A stretch of DNA of 63,778 bases, counting the filler, from Lama guanicoe (taxonomy: Eukaryota), in the NCBI GenBank assembly GCA_013239625.1. It is 189 parts of 189 records of this genome, joined end to end, with 100 filler letters (N's around TTAATTAATTAA, not from the genome) between each part and the next. Parts side by side here need not be neighbours in the genome. Positions count along the whole stretch, not along the records: positions 47,317 to 47,554 come from PNXV01045886.1; positions 47,655 to 47,892 come from PNXV01045887.1; positions 47,993 to 48,230 come from PNXV01045888.1; positions 48,331 to 48,568 come from PNXV01045889.1; positions 48,669 to 48,906 come from PNXV01045890.1; positions 49,007 to 49,244 come from PNXV01045891.1; positions 49,345 to 49,582 come from PNXV01045892.1; positions 49,683 to 49,920 come from PNXV01045893.1; 181 more parts are not named here. One strand, written 5' to 3'. Numbering within the stretch: the stretch's first letter is position 1; each line of letters opens with the position of its first letter. This document shows, in pieces, positions 47,217 to 61,174 of the stretch. Position numbers and translations under genes: made by a program. The notes under the pieces were generated by a model, which worked only from the letters and a program-made list of their open reading frames with translations, did not search any database and was not told where the DNA came from.

Positions 47217-50200
47217 NNNNNNNNNNNNNNNNNNNNNNNNNNNNNNNNNNNNNNNNNNNNTTAATTAATTAANNNNNNNNNNNNNNNNNNNNNNNNNNNN
47301 NNNNNNNNNNNNNNNNAGTGACACCATGCCATCCCATGTCCTCTGTCATGTCACCGTGAGATTATATGGCCCCTGTCATTTCTCCTATGTTGAACTGTCT
47401 CTCAACAAGCTCCATTTCCATGCACCCGTAACCCCACCCCCTGCAACCCTGCCAGGATGATTGATGACTTGCTTTTGTTATTACAGCATTTATCATGCAT
47501 CAATAAGCCAGTTATAAGGAAGGGGTATAGATTAATTCACTGAAAGATACATCGNNNNNNNNNNNNNNNNNNNNNNNNNNNNNNNNNNNNNNNNNNNNTT
47601 AATTAATTAANNNNNNNNNNNNNNNNNNNNNNNNNNNNNNNNNNNNNNNNNNNNGCGGATCGCTGGCCCTCCCGCTCATGCCCACGGTTGGATGCCAGCT
47701 GGACAGCGCGTCCGAAGCTCCAGCTCCGAGCCAGGGATCAGCCCTGGCTGCTCGGGTCTGTCGCCCGGTAGGACTTTGGTTCCTGCCCCGGGTCGGGGCC
47801 TCCGGCTGTGGAAGTGGAAGTTTGGGGGCTCTGGGGAAGGGGATCCGCGTGTCACAGCCTGCAAGGGCTCGAGTCAGCGAGTGTCCAGCTGANNNNNNNN
47901 NNNNNNNNNNNNNNNNNNNNNNNNNNNNNNNNNNNNTTAATTAATTAANNNNNNNNNNNNNNNNNNNNNNNNNNNNNNNNNNNNNNNNNNNNCAATGATA
48001 AATTGAGAGTTACTCAAGGTAAGTTTCCCTAGAGTAATTTTGCTGAATTCTAGTCCTCAGTTAGGAAGGGATACAATTTATGAATAAACAAATCATCATG
48101 TAGGATGTTCAGCAAAACTACCAAATTTGGAATTCAGCCTGGGTTCATAGACTAATTGGGTTAACTCCTTTGAAAAGCTATCTTGTTACATGTACTCAAA
48201 TGTATTGTCAGAGTTTAATAGAGAGGAAACNNNNNNNNNNNNNNNNNNNNNNNNNNNNNNNNNNNNNNNNNNNNTTAATTAATTAANNNNNNNNNNNNNN
48301 NNNNNNNNNNNNNNNNNNNNNNNNNNNNNNCCCTCCATCCCGGGCTGGACAGCCCCTCTCTCCTCCCCAGGGTCAAAGGCACACTGCACCGAGTCTGGGA
48401 CCCAGGGACACCTCAAATCTCAGAGAGGCCTCTCCTCTTAGGGAGGATGCAGGACCAAGGCCAGAGGATGGGTCCAGTGAGGCCAAGGAGGCGGCCCCCA
48501 GCCTGGATTTTATCTTGGCTACTCAGTACTGCCTGATGCCCTGGGGAGGGAAGTCCCACAGCTCTGCCNNNNNNNNNNNNNNNNNNNNNNNNNNNNNNNN
48601 NNNNNNNNNNNNTTAATTAATTAANNNNNNNNNNNNNNNNNNNNNNNNNNNNNNNNNNNNNNNNNNNNTGTATATTAAACGTATTTTAGAGAAAAGGACA
48701 AATCTGTCATTCTAATATAGTATTATAAACTAGATAAAACAGAAGCATTTGTATTTATTCAGCTGACAGTTTGTGATGTTTATTTTGACTATTTCTTTAG
48801 CATGTGTTGCTATGATATTGCTGGATGTGCTAGCAGTTTAATTGGACAGACTCTGTTGCTTTTCTATAGTGACTCCAATGAGAAAATGGGAAGAAAATGG
48901 AGACAGNNNNNNNNNNNNNNNNNNNNNNNNNNNNNNNNNNNNNNNNNNNNTTAATTAATTAANNNNNNNNNNNNNNNNNNNNNNNNNNNNNNNNNNNNNN
49001 NNNNNNAAAACAAAAAGTACTGTATACAAGTATCCGGACTTCGTGACAGTATCGCAATAATGGCACAACGTGAGCAGCAAGTATTCAGCGAGCTTTGTGG
49101 AATCGAGTAAGTTGCATGGAGTCTTCCACGTGCAGCAGATTTATATCACCGATGAGTGTCTCCAAGGACACAGGTATAGATTTCACTGACTATGGGAATC
49201 TGAAGATTAGGACATAGGAACAAACCAGGCAAAGCTGTGATAGANNNNNNNNNNNNNNNNNNNNNNNNNNNNNNNNNNNNNNNNNNNNTTAATTAATTAA
49301 NNNNNNNNNNNNNNNNNNNNNNNNNNNNNNNNNNNNNNNNNNNNAAAAAAAAAAAAAGGGAGAAATAAGGAGTCTTCTTCCAGTGATCTCATTTCCTCAA
49401 ATATGATTTTGTTCCAGGTTGAGTACTTGCTTTGAATTAACATATTACTTATAATGCTTGTCAAGAACCTTGGAAATCATAGGTAATTTTTATTTTCTTA
49501 TTGTCTAAAATTTGTGTAGTAAGAATATCCCTTCTATGATCAAAGGAAAGCTATTCATTTTTTCTTTTTAGCATTTTTTTTTNNNNNNNNNNNNNNNNNN
49601 NNNNNNNNNNNNNNNNNNNNNNNNNNTTAATTAATTAANNNNNNNNNNNNNNNNNNNNNNNNNNNNNNNNNNNNNNNNNNNNTTAAGCCTGGAGATGGAG
49701 CAGAGATCAGACTGTGGCTAAACCCAGAACCCAGATAGCAATTATGTTGTTCCCAGCATGTTCAGATGTTCTGAACAAGGAGCTACATGCAGGTGAGACT
49801 GTGTTATCCAGACCCTTCCCCATGACTGAAGAATAAAGGATAAAAATGTGATAATTTTGCAATATAAAGATGATACAGGAATAAAGCAACATTCTGCTGA
49901 TGGGACTAAAAAGTGGAGCCNNNNNNNNNNNNNNNNNNNNNNNNNNNNNNNNNNNNNNNNNNNNTTAATTAATTAANNNNNNNNNNNNNNNNNNNNNNNN
50001 NNNNNNNNNNNNNNNNNNNNTTGACAAAACTTCAAACAAAATATCAAGATAAACAAGAGTTAATTACATTGGACTGAATGAACTGAGGAAGGTGACTATA
50101 ATTTTTTGTGATTTTTTTTTTTTACTTGAAACATTACTGATTTTTTTTTTAATGTTTTGTTTCTCCAGATTAAAAAAAAAACTGTTTACCTCTTTTCTCT

Positions 50201-52812
50201 TAAGCCACGAATGACTTAGAGCAATCTGGTAAATTATAACCTTTGTAAGCAGAATTGCNNNNNNNNNNNNNNNNNNNNNNNNNNNNNNNNNNNNNNNNNN
50301 NNTTAATTAATTAANNNNNNNNNNNNNNNNNNNNNNNNNNNNNNNNNNNNNNNNNNNNGGGGTGGATGACTGCGTTCTCTGCCCTCCCCTGGGAGAATCA
50401 CAGAGTAAGAGAGTAGTCAAGGCTCTGAGAAGTCCTGCAGAAAAAGACAGCTGTTTAGCTCTGCTTCAGCCGGTATTTCCGCCGCTGCCCGGACCCTGGC
50501 GTAATTCATGCAGGACCTAGGCACGTCCACGTCTGTGGTGTTCTCTCGGGGAAATAATCATGGGGACCAAATAAACAGGTGTCTTGCTCATATATANNNN
50601 NNNNNNNNNNNNNNNNNNNNNNNNNNNNNNNNNNNNNNNNTTAATTAATTAANNNNNNNNNNNNNNNNNNNNNNNNNNNNNNNNNNNNNNNNNNNNGCAC
50701 GTTCCAGTCTTGTTTGTGCAGTGATGGAGCGGCTTCTCTGAGTACCTTCCTCTGTTGGTCAGTTCTCAGTCCACTGAAGAGATTTTTTTAAGGAGCTCTA
50801 GACACCCCCTTCTCTTTCCTCTGTCAAATGCTGCTTTCCAGCCTAGGTCCCCTGGTCTGTTCAACACCTGATGTCCTTCTGACCTGTTCCTGTTCTAAAG
50901 AGTCTTGTTGTTAATGTTCTCAGAGTCAGCCTAANNNNNNNNNNNNNNNNNNNNNNNNNNNNNNNNNNNNNNNNNNNNTTAATTAATTAANNNNNNNNNN
51001 NNNNNNNNNNNNNNNNNNNNNNNNNNNNNNNNNNGCTTTGCCATCAGCCTTCTGCTCACAAACCATCCATGGGTTTTGGTTGCGCACGTCCATGAAGACC
51101 CTGTTGTGCTGTTTCACTCCTGCTGACACCACCATCTCAGCAGAACCCTCCAGGTCAGAGCAGCCTATGCGAGTTGCCACGCATGCTGTACATTCTATCA
51201 GTGACGTTCTCCTTGTTTTAGATGGTCACGTGCCCCCACGTGGCCTCTTCTGTTTCTGGAAAGGTACTTGTTNNNNNNNNNNNNNNNNNNNNNNNNNNNN
51301 NNNNNNNNNNNNNNNNTTAATTAATTAANNNNNNNNNNNNNNNNNNNNNNNNNNNNNNNNNNNNNNNNNNNNGAAGAACGAGATTACTCAAGACTTTACC
51401 ATGTCAAGAGAGTGAGAGGGAGCCGGAGACTGATTCCCTGAGCTCCTCCAAAGCTCTTGTATTTATTGAGAATAGTCAAAGAATCAGAGTGAAATATGTC
51501 ATAGGACTGAGTAAGGGGCATGGTGTACGTGCAGGGATGCTGGTCAGCAGTTTCAGTTCGGGAAAAACAGAAACATTATAATCTTAATTTATACTTAGAG
51601 AGAAGGTTACNNNNNNNNNNNNNNNNNNNNNNNNNNNNNNNNNNNNNNNNNNNNTTAATTAATTAANNNNNNNNNNNNNNNNNNNNNNNNNNNNNNNNNN
51701 NNNNNNNNNNTGTGTGTGTGTGTGTGTGTCTGTGTGTGTAGGGGGTGTCAGTTGCTTATTGGCGGGGGCAAATAGTGTGTGTAAACACACAGAGATGGAA
51801 GAGGTCCAAATGGGGAACAGTGGAATATGCTTTGCCTGGGAGTAATGCTTTGTATGTGGTAAACAGTGGACTAGGAGGTTAGAAATGTAGGTCTGAACCC
51901 CACGGTGGAGAGCTCTGAATACCAGATTAAGGAGATCGTTGCAGTGTCNNNNNNNNNNNNNNNNNNNNNNNNNNNNNNNNNNNNNNNNNNNNTTAATTAA
52001 TTAANNNNNNNNNNNNNNNNNNNNNNNNNNNNNNNNNNNNNNNNNNNNAAAAAAAAAAAAGCCTTGTGATCCTTGAGATCCTGATTAAGAACTTGTAAAT
52101 CTGTAAAATAAGCAAGAATCTCAGTGGATTTCTGTGACATGTGTCCATGTATAATGTTGTTCCTTCCAAGTGAAGGTGAACAAAGATTTACTGTCTACGA
52201 ATCTGGGGACATTAAAAGGCAGAATACATATCCTCAACTATAAAATAGATAACCTTAGGTGGGATCATGAGAAGAATAGCATTTGTNNNNNNNNNNNNNN
52301 NNNNNNNNNNNNNNNNNNNNNNNNNNNNNNTTAATTAATTAANNNNNNNNNNNNNNNNNNNNNNNNNNNNNNNNNNNNNNNNNNNNAGACTTCAGGTTAG
52401 AAAAGGATTTTCTGGAGTGAAGATTTGAGGGTGGGCGGGGAATGGGAGAAGAGGTACGACTACATTCACTTGTCAATGATTCTACTGAGAATGGCTCTGT
52501 CTGCTTTGTGCTCCGGGGAGGCAGCAAAGCCTCGTGAGTCGGGAATTTCATTTCACTCACCAAGTTTCCTGCTGTCCATGCTTGAGAGTGGCAGGAAAGT
52601 AGCAGAAAGAGCCAGCAGTCCAGANNNNNNNNNNNNNNNNNNNNNNNNNNNNNNNNNNNNNNNNNNNNTTAATTAATTAANNNNNNNNNNNNNNNNNNNN
52701 NNNNNNNNNNNNNNNNNNNNNNNNCAGACAACTAGGGAGCAGACTTTGTGCCACGTGGGGTTCTGTTTTTCACGTGAATGATCTCATTTAAGGAACTATT
52801 ACTTCCTACCAC

Positions 52813-52962
52813 TGTGGCGGGCAGCCTCTAAGATGACCCCTGATCATCCCTGCCTCCCTTACTCACACGCTTGTGTAACTCCTCCCCTTGGGAACCAGAG
52901 AGACCCAGACTCCTTCTAATGAACAGAACATGGCAGAAGTGATGAGACATCACTTCCAAGAC
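52813..52962 (+). mobile_element. MaLR MLT1-type LTR, 5' part
   Basis: Starts tgtggcgggcagcctctaagatgacccc and contains cttctaatgaacagaacatggcagaagtgatg. Confidence 0.8.
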
Positions 52963-53062
52963 NNNNNNNNNNNNNNNNNNNNNNNNNNNNNNNNNNNNNN
53001 NNNNNNTTAATTAATTAANNNNNNNNNNNNNNNNNNNNNNNNNNNNNNNNNNNNNNNNNNNN

Positions 53063-53300
53063 GGCCTGCTTTTCTGAAGCCGAGGGGCACTGCGACGGGC
53101 AGCCCTCATACACAGCAGGGCCCTCACTTACGATGGCTGGTGGTGGTCAGCCGGCCCAGCCCTGAGAGGAGCCGCAAGAGAGACAGCATTACGCGGCCGC
53201 CGGCCTCACCACAGTGATGGCGGTTGGACGCTAAACGGCTACAGCTGGTGCGCGGGCGCCTGGGCTCTAGGCCAGGGCTGGGCTGGAGCGGAAGGGGCGG
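53063..53300 (-). promoter_or_regulatory. CpG-rich promoter-like fragment
   Basis: CpG-dense, with a GC box at the contig end and a possible minus-strand donor tg|gtgagg near 53207. Confidence 0.45.
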
Positions 53301-55428
53301 NNNNNNNNNNNNNNNNNNNNNNNNNNNNNNNNNNNNNNNNNNNNTTAATTAATTAANNNNNNNNNNNNNNNNNNNNNNNNNNNNNNNNNNNNNNNNNNNN
53401 CCTCCCTCCCATAGGTGGGTCTGCAGTGGTGGCGTCTCCAGAGAGCTCTTAGGTGCCAGGCTGGCCCTGCCCTAGCCCAGCACTCTCACGCTGCTGTGTT
53501 GTCAGCTTCCCCCAAGCCCCGCCCCCTGTTTCTGGGAGGGGCTGGCCTTGGTGGGGTGGGGAGCGGGGACGTGCTAGAGCATGCCTGCATGAGTAGGAGC
53601 TTTGGAATCTGGACGGCTGGGTGTGAGTCTGAAAGCGCNNNNNNNNNNNNNNNNNNNNNNNNNNNNNNNNNNNNNNNNNNNNTTAATTAATTAANNNNNN
53701 NNNNNNNNNNNNNNNNNNNNNNNNNNNNNNNNNNNNNNTCTCAGATGCCATCTCTCTCTTCTCTGTTCTCTCTTCTTTGTTCATTGCGCATCTCTTAACA
53801 GCAAAATGAGAAGATCTTGGCTTGACGTAAATGTATGTGAAAGATTTTTATTTGACAGAAGGCACACTAAGAGTCAGCAGTATGAAATATTCATGGAAAA
53901 CCCAAAGCAAGTAGTACTTTCTAGGGACTCTTGATACAGGAAAAATGGGGCACACAGGAAAGAATTCAAGAGCAAGNNNNNNNNNNNNNNNNNNNNNNNN
54001 NNNNNNNNNNNNNNNNNNNNTTAATTAATTAANNNNNNNNNNNNNNNNNNNNNNNNNNNNNNNNNNNNNNNNNNNNCTACCATTCTCTGCCTGCTTTATT
54101 TGTCTTTTTCCTTTTCCTCTTCTTTCTTTTTATAGCTTTCTCCTTTCCTCTTGTCCAGTTTCCTTCTTCAACTGTTTTACTTTTCTACTTCATGTGCATG
54201 GCTACTTTAAGCTACTGGGATTTCCTCCGCTCCACTCCTCATCACAATGCCTCAAGAAATGTCTTCTCTCTTACCTGACCATCATTAAAGTGTACAAATT
54301 TGAAGGACCTTATTNNNNNNNNNNNNNNNNNNNNNNNNNNNNNNNNNNNNNNNNNNNNTTAATTAATTAANNNNNNNNNNNNNNNNNNNNNNNNNNNNNN
54401 NNNNNNNNNNNNNNTATCTTCCCCAAGAAAATGTGCGATGCTTACTCCTGTGTGTCATTTCAGTCCTCTGTGATTTACCTGAAGGAAATCATTAAATCTT
54501 CCCAGTATTTTAGAATAATAGCATGATGATGAGACACCTAAAAAGCACTCAGAGGAAACATTGGTTGCAAGTGCCTGCCCAAATTGTTTAATGTTTGTCA
54601 AACTTGAATTGCATTTGAAAGATGAGTTTCTGGTAATGGATTTCCAGTTCTANNNNNNNNNNNNNNNNNNNNNNNNNNNNNNNNNNNNNNNNNNNNTTAA
54701 TTAATTAANNNNNNNNNNNNNNNNNNNNNNNNNNNNNNNNNNNNNNNNNNNNATACCCTTGATGTAAGAACTGCCAATCATACAGGTGTTGTGAGGATGT
54801 GTGTTTTAAAAAGAGGCTCATTCTCGAGGAGAGAGCTGCTGGCATCAGGCAGTCGGTGCATGTGGTTTGGTGGAGACGCTCAGGATGCTTGCTTACAGAC
54901 CTCAGTAAACCCCCCTGGTGGGGGGCTGCTGTGAGCACAGGGGGAGTGCCCTTTGGGAAAAGACTGGACATTGAGATGGCTAAATGGCTTNNNNNNNNNN
55001 NNNNNNNNNNNNNNNNNNNNNNNNNNNNNNNNNNTTAATTAATTAANNNNNNNNNNNNNNNNNNNNNNNNNNNNNNNNNNNNNNNNNNNNTTACTAGTAT
55101 TTAGTAAAGTGTGGTTATTTTGAGCAATGTATTTTCTTTGATGTGAATGTACCATTAAGGGCTACACTTACTGATAGTCACGACTATAACAGTCGCAGCA
55201 GTCTTGACATCATATCAACCAGAAAGGTATTTATACTTCATTCACTGTGACATTTTGAAGAAATTGTAGGATTTGGGCAGGAAAATGCAGGAGATTCAGC
55301 AGTGAACAAAACAGGAACTAGAGATCTCNNNNNNNNNNNNNNNNNNNNNNNNNNNNNNNNNNNNNNNNNNNNTTAATTAATTAANNNNNNNNNNNNNNNN
55401 NNNNNNNNNNNNNNNNNNNNNNNNNNNN

Positions 55429-55666
55429 GTCGCTGCAGTCACAGCCCCTGTTGCCAGCCCATCAGGGCCGTTCTTGTCTGTGGGCGAGCGTCCTTCGGCC
55501 TCTTCCTGCTTTCGGGAACTCCAGGACTCCTTGGCTTATGGCTGTGTCACCCCGATCTCCGCCTCCGTCTCACATGGCTGCCTCCGCTGTGTCCGCATCT
55601 TGCCTTGTGTCTCTGATCAGGACGCTTGTGGTTGGATTTCGGGCTCCCTGGGTCACCCTGGATGAC
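55429..55666 (-). mobile_element. MaLR MLT1-type LTR fragment
   Basis: cctcttcctgcttt...ccttggcttatggctgtgtcaccccgatctccgcctccgtctcacatggc...gacgcttgtggttggattt. Confidence 0.8.
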
Positions 55667-56780
55667 NNNNNNNNNNNNNNNNNNNNNNNNNNNNNNNNNN
55701 NNNNNNNNNNTTAATTAATTAANNNNNNNNNNNNNNNNNNNNNNNNNNNNNNNNNNNNNNNNNNNNCCCAGATAGATCTTGCTCCTTCTTTAAATAATAA
55801 ACTTTCCCATGAAGCAAGCTCATCTTATTCTAAATATATTTGGTGATTATTTTGTATAACTGAGATAGTAACAGCTCCTGGGGACTCATTTTTTCTTCTT
55901 CTTATTTTTTTAACAGTGGAAGCATTTTAGCAGAAACAGAAACCTTTCTCATCATTTCAAAAACCAAAGATTAATTTCTGAGGTTAGGGGAATCTGAAAT
56001 GAGCNNNNNNNNNNNNNNNNNNNNNNNNNNNNNNNNNNNNNNNNNNNNTTAATTAATTAANNNNNNNNNNNNNNNNNNNNNNNNNNNNNNNNNNNNNNNN
56101 NNNNCAAATATATCAGCCTAACAGAGGCAGCACGGCCAGCAGAGTTCAGCGACACTTTCTAGTTCCTCCACCCCCACACCTCTAGCAGGCAAACCCTAAA
56201 AGGAAGAGTCCTGTGGCTTTCTTTTGGCGGGGAAATAAGGCACCAGCTAGACTCCCACTCCACCAGGGATGGGGGAGGGACCCTAGGCAGAGAGAGAAAC
56301 TTCGCTGCGTTCTAATGAGAATTCCCCAGACAATACACAAGGNNNNNNNNNNNNNNNNNNNNNNNNNNNNNNNNNNNNNNNNNNNNTTAATTAATTAANN
56401 NNNNNNNNNNNNNNNNNNNNNNNNNNNNNNNNNNNNNNNNNNTAACGTTTCTTGTCAAGTGGCCTTAGAGGTTTGGTCCTCAAAGGAAATAGAAGGTGAG
56501 TGAATTGACCTGTTTTCTCACCTCCCCCAAAGGCCAATGAGGCATGACTCTGCCCAGGCCCCAAAATGCTCCAGGTCACTCTTACTCAGACAAAGGACTC
56601 TAAACTTGGTCCACACTCACACCCTCACCCTAATAAAATGAACTGATGAAGAATACCAAGTCCTGACCATTCATGTGTGCNNNNNNNNNNNNNNNNNNNN
56701 NNNNNNNNNNNNNNNNNNNNNNNNTTAATTAATTAANNNNNNNNNNNNNNNNNNNNNNNNNNNNNNNNNNNNNNNNNNNN

Positions 56781-57018
56781 AGAAAATTCAAGTTTTTGGT
56801 AATACAGGAACGTATCTATAATGACAACACAAGCAGAGTGAAAGGTGTACATGTTCTGGGTTTGGAAGAATTAGTATTGTTAAAAAGACCATATTACCCA
56901 AGGTGGTCTACAGATTCAATGCAATCACTATCAAAATAACAAGGGCATTTTTCACAGACCTAGAATAAATTATTAAAGTTTGTGTGGAAACATAGAAGAA
57001 TCCAAATAGCCAAAACAA
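56781..57018 (+). mobile_element. L1 ORF2 fragment
   Basis: ttggaagaattagtattgttaaaa...ctacagattcaatgcaatc...caaatagccaaaacaa. Confidence 0.93.
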
Positions 57019-57794
57019 NNNNNNNNNNNNNNNNNNNNNNNNNNNNNNNNNNNNNNNNNNNNTTAATTAATTAANNNNNNNNNNNNNNNNNNNNNNNNNN
57101 NNNNNNNNNNNNNNNNNNTGCTTATTCTTATGCTTGCCCTTAAAACGGTCAACTGACCTGACTGACCATTTGCTACTCACAGTTCCAAGCCCATTGTTTA
57201 AACTAAAACTATTGATCTTGCTGTTTCTACTTTGTTCCAGTAATTGAAAGTAATAATCATGCTTGGTCTCTGAGCTGATCTCCAGGGAGAAGGTCACAGG
57301 ACTTTACCCTTACAAAATAGCCTGAATTACCAAGAAGACCACACCTTGGGTGCTTANNNNNNNNNNNNNNNNNNNNNNNNNNNNNNNNNNNNNNNNNNNN
57401 TTAATTAATTAANNNNNNNNNNNNNNNNNNNNNNNNNNNNNNNNNNNNNNNNNNNNCATACACACACCCCCACAGCTAAATGCGCAAGACACAGTGCATG
57501 AGGACGCTCACAGCAGCATTACTTGTCTGAAGTCAGCCATGTATCTGTGGACAACTGAAAGAATAAATACGTTTTATTATCTTCAGACAGCAATGAAGAG
57601 TACAGGATGGCCACATGCAACAACATGGGTGAATCTCCCTGCAAAAGGCTCAGTGAAGGGATCTGGAGGCTGGGGCTTCCACTTTGTATGATTCNNNNNN
57701 NNNNNNNNNNNNNNNNNNNNNNNNNNNNNNNNNNNNNNTTAATTAATTAANNNNNNNNNNNNNNNNNNNNNNNNNNNNNNNNNNNNNNNNNNNN

Positions 57795-58032
57795 AAAAAA
57801 AAAGAAAAGATGACATGCCAAAATTTATAGGATGCAGAAAAAGTGGTACTAAGAGGGGAGTTTATAGCAAAACAGTACTATCTCAAGAAACAAGAAAACT
57901 CTCAAATGAAGTCTAAACTTACATCTGCAAGGAGCTAGAAAAAGAAAAAACAAAGCCCAGAGTCAGTAGAAGGAAGGAAATAATAAAGATCGGAGTAGAA
58001 ATTAAGGAAATAGAGACTAAAAAGACAATAGA
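57795..58032 (+). mobile_element. L1 ORF2 endonuclease C-terminal fragment
   Basis: gatgcag..aaagtggtactaagaggggagtttatagcaa...caaagcccagagtcagtagaaggaaggaaataataaagat. Confidence 0.93.
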
Positions 58033-58808
58033 NNNNNNNNNNNNNNNNNNNNNNNNNNNNNNNNNNNNNNNNNNNNTTAATTAATTAANNNNNNNNNNNN
58101 NNNNNNNNNNNNNNNNNNNNNNNNNNNNNNNNACTGTGCCCACAGGTGTGATGTGGGAACTCGTGGAGGCCACTCTGGTCCATTTTCTCTCTTAAGAGGC
58201 AATAGGTTTCTCACACATGGAAACGACTTCTCCACCCACCTTCCCCCCGGGGCCTGCGCCCCGCAGCAGAGCCACCCTCCGAGAGCTGGCCCTGCAGCTG
58301 TCCATCTTTCTGACCTGTTCACAGGGCTCTGGAGCTCACCAGCAGCAAAGATGAGATCTCCTTGTTGGTGNNNNNNNNNNNNNNNNNNNNNNNNNNNNNN
58401 NNNNNNNNNNNNNNTTAATTAATTAANNNNNNNNNNNNNNNNNNNNNNNNNNNNNNNNNNNNNNNNNNNNTTTTTTTTAAGGCCATGTTGTGGTAAGGTA
58501 CACAAATGTAGTGCCCGGTTTCTTTAGGACTGTCTCATCTCTGGCTGAAGAAGCATCTACTGCTTTGAACGGTCTTTTGGCACAACTCCAGCGCTCTTGC
58601 CAGGTGACAGCAGCAAAGGTGCATATGTGGGCAGAACATCAGTAACAGCATTTAAAAGAAGATGCTCCGATCCATCGGTTGTAGGTCCAGGTGGGTTAAT
58701 AAGTGAAANNNNNNNNNNNNNNNNNNNNNNNNNNNNNNNNNNNNNNNNNNNNTTAATTAATTAANNNNNNNNNNNNNNNNNNNNNNNNNNNNNNNNNNNN
58801 NNNNNNNN

Positions 58809-58958
58809 AGACATGGCAATACCGACTTTAGGCCAGGTAATAACTCCACAATGGCCTCTCAGTGTTCAAGTGACAGGAGGCGTCGCACATCTCCCACTTT
58901 AAATCAAAAGTTAGGAATGATTAAGCTTAGTGAGGAAGGTATGTCAAAAGCTGGAGAT
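58809..58958 (+). mobile_element. Tigger1 transposase N-terminal fragment
   Basis: atggcctctcagtgttcaagtgacaggaggcgtcgcacatctcccactttaaatcaaaagttagga... translates as MASQCSSDRRRRTSPTLNQKLGMIKLSEEGMSKA. Confidence 0.9.
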
Positions 58959-60227
58959 AAATGATAGATTCTTTTAACCAAGAAACTCATTTCCTTCAGA
59001 TGTGAGAAATGTTCTTTTATAATTTCTCTGATAATCTCTTCCCTTCNNNNNNNNNNNNNNNNNNNNNNNNNNNNNNNNNNNNNNNNNNNNTTAATTAATT
59101 AANNNNNNNNNNNNNNNNNNNNNNNNNNNNNNNNNNNNNNNNNNNNGGATATGGAGGGGTCCCCACCACCATGGCCCAGAAATCAGTGGGGCATGTCTCC
59201 GAGCCAGACATCATCCAGGGCTCTCTGCAGGGACCTGCCCAGTGCTGACGGGCAGCTCAGCATACCCGGCTCTGACTTGGAGCACTGTGCCCACAACGCT
59301 AGAAGTCAGGTGGAGCCCCAGGAGCCCCCGAAGTTGAGCCTGAAGGTCAGAAAGGCAGGGCTGGTGCATGTGTGTAGGTGAGGGNNNNNNNNNNNNNNNN
59401 NNNNNNNNNNNNNNNNNNNNNNNNNNNNTTAATTAATTAANNNNNNNNNNNNNNNNNNNNNNNNNNNNNNNNNNNNNNNNNNNNGGCACACGTTTAAGCA
59501 GACGTGCTGCTAGTCACGAGGAGCGGAGGTCACCGTTAATGATTTTAGTGCTTTTCTAGATAAGAGAAGATATAAGAATTTGGACTCAAAAATCTGAAAA
59601 TATCTGACTGTTTGAAGGCCTGTTCTGCCACTCTTCCCAGAGCACAGAGCACCCCACTCCTGATCTCCACCCAGAACGCCTTTTGGGCTGTGTTGAAGGT
59701 CAGTGACTGCAGTGGCCCGTGANNNNNNNNNNNNNNNNNNNNNNNNNNNNNNNNNNNNNNNNNNNNTTAATTAATTAANNNNNNNNNNNNNNNNNNNNNN
59801 NNNNNNNNNNNNNNNNNNNNNNATCTACCTTGGATTTGTATGGATAAGTGAAGCAGTTTGCTAAGAACAAAAGACCAGGTTTAGAATACAGGCTGGTGTA
59901 GCTCAGCAGGTCATCCTGAGCCAGCGCTGTGACAGAGGGCGGGGCCTTGGGGAAAGGGGAGGGTCAAGGGGGAGGGGGGTCCTACCCTCCCTGAGCTGAC
60001 ACTTTCATGGCAAACACCTTCACCAGGTGAAGAATTTGGAGTTTCTTCTAAGAAGAGTGGNNNNNNNNNNNNNNNNNNNNNNNNNNNNNNNNNNNNNNNN
60101 NNNNTTAATTAATTAANNNNNNNNNNNNNNNNNNNNNNNNNNNNNNNNNNNNNNNNNNNNGGGAAAAGTTCAAAAATACAAACATCTGAATATTTACCTG
60201 AAAAAAAAAGTTTTATGGCAGAATATT

Positions 60228-60398
60228 TTGGACAAATATCAGGCATCTTAATGCAACATTTATTTCATAATAAAATGCTGAGTAGCTCATGCAATTTATT
60301 GAATATTTTACCGAAATTGAACAGAATGGTCACGTGCGTACAGAGTGGCTGTAAACGTAACTGTTGTTCCCTCTTTGATCACCTGACTGACTGGAGCC
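60228..60398 (+). mobile_element. Tigger5/MER47-like DNA transposon fragment
   Basis: tatttcataataaaatgctga.tagctcatgcaatttattgaata...aacagaatggt. Confidence 0.65.
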
Positions 60399-60498
60399 NN
60401 NNNNNNNNNNNNNNNNNNNNNNNNNNNNNNNNNNNNNNNNNNTTAATTAATTAANNNNNNNNNNNNNNNNNNNNNNNNNNNNNNNNNNNNNNNNNNNN

Positions 60499-60736
60499 CT
60501 GTGTGATACTACAGTGGTGGCTACATGTCATTATGCATCTGTCAAAACCCATAGAACGTACCCCATCAAGAGTGAGCCCTAATGTAAACTGTGGACTTTG
60601 GTGGATAATAATGTGCCCATTTTGGTTCATCGATTGCACCGAATATGCCACGCTGATGAGGGATCTTGAGGGTAGGGGAGTATATCCGTGTGGGTGGGGA
60701 GGGCTATGTGGGAACTCTGTATTTTCTGCTCATTTC
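60499..60736 (+). mobile_element. Old L1 (L1MC-type) 3'UTR
   Basis: tacatgtcattatgcatctgtcaaaacccatagaa...agagtgagccctaatgtaaactgtggactttg. Confidence 0.88.
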
Positions 60737-61174
60737 NNNNNNNNNNNNNNNNNNNNNNNNNNNNNNNNNNNNNNNNNNNNTTAATTAATTAANNNNNNNN
60801 NNNNNNNNNNNNNNNNNNNNNNNNNNNNNNNNNNNNTAAAAATACTCTACAAATTGAATCACATTAAATTATTTTTAAGGAAGTCGTCAGCTCATCCATG
60901 ATAAATTCCAACTACTAGGAAATCTTTGGGGAAAGGGTTATCATTAATGAAGTGTTGATATGCTATATTACTCTTGTTTAAATAATTAAAATACAGAATC
61001 GTAATTACTCTTATCTAAAGCAGCAAACTGCATTTCCCAGAATCCCCTCCCATACTTGGTTTCAGGTTAAATTTNNNNNNNNNNNNNNNNNNNNNNNNNN
61101 NNNNNNNNNNNNNNNNNNTTAATTAATTAANNNNNNNNNNNNNNNNNNNNNNNNNNNNNNNNNNNNNNNNNNNN

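Noticed and set aside
49418..49482. Exon-like segment between ttccag and gtaatt
   Set aside because: All three frames contain stops and there is no other support.
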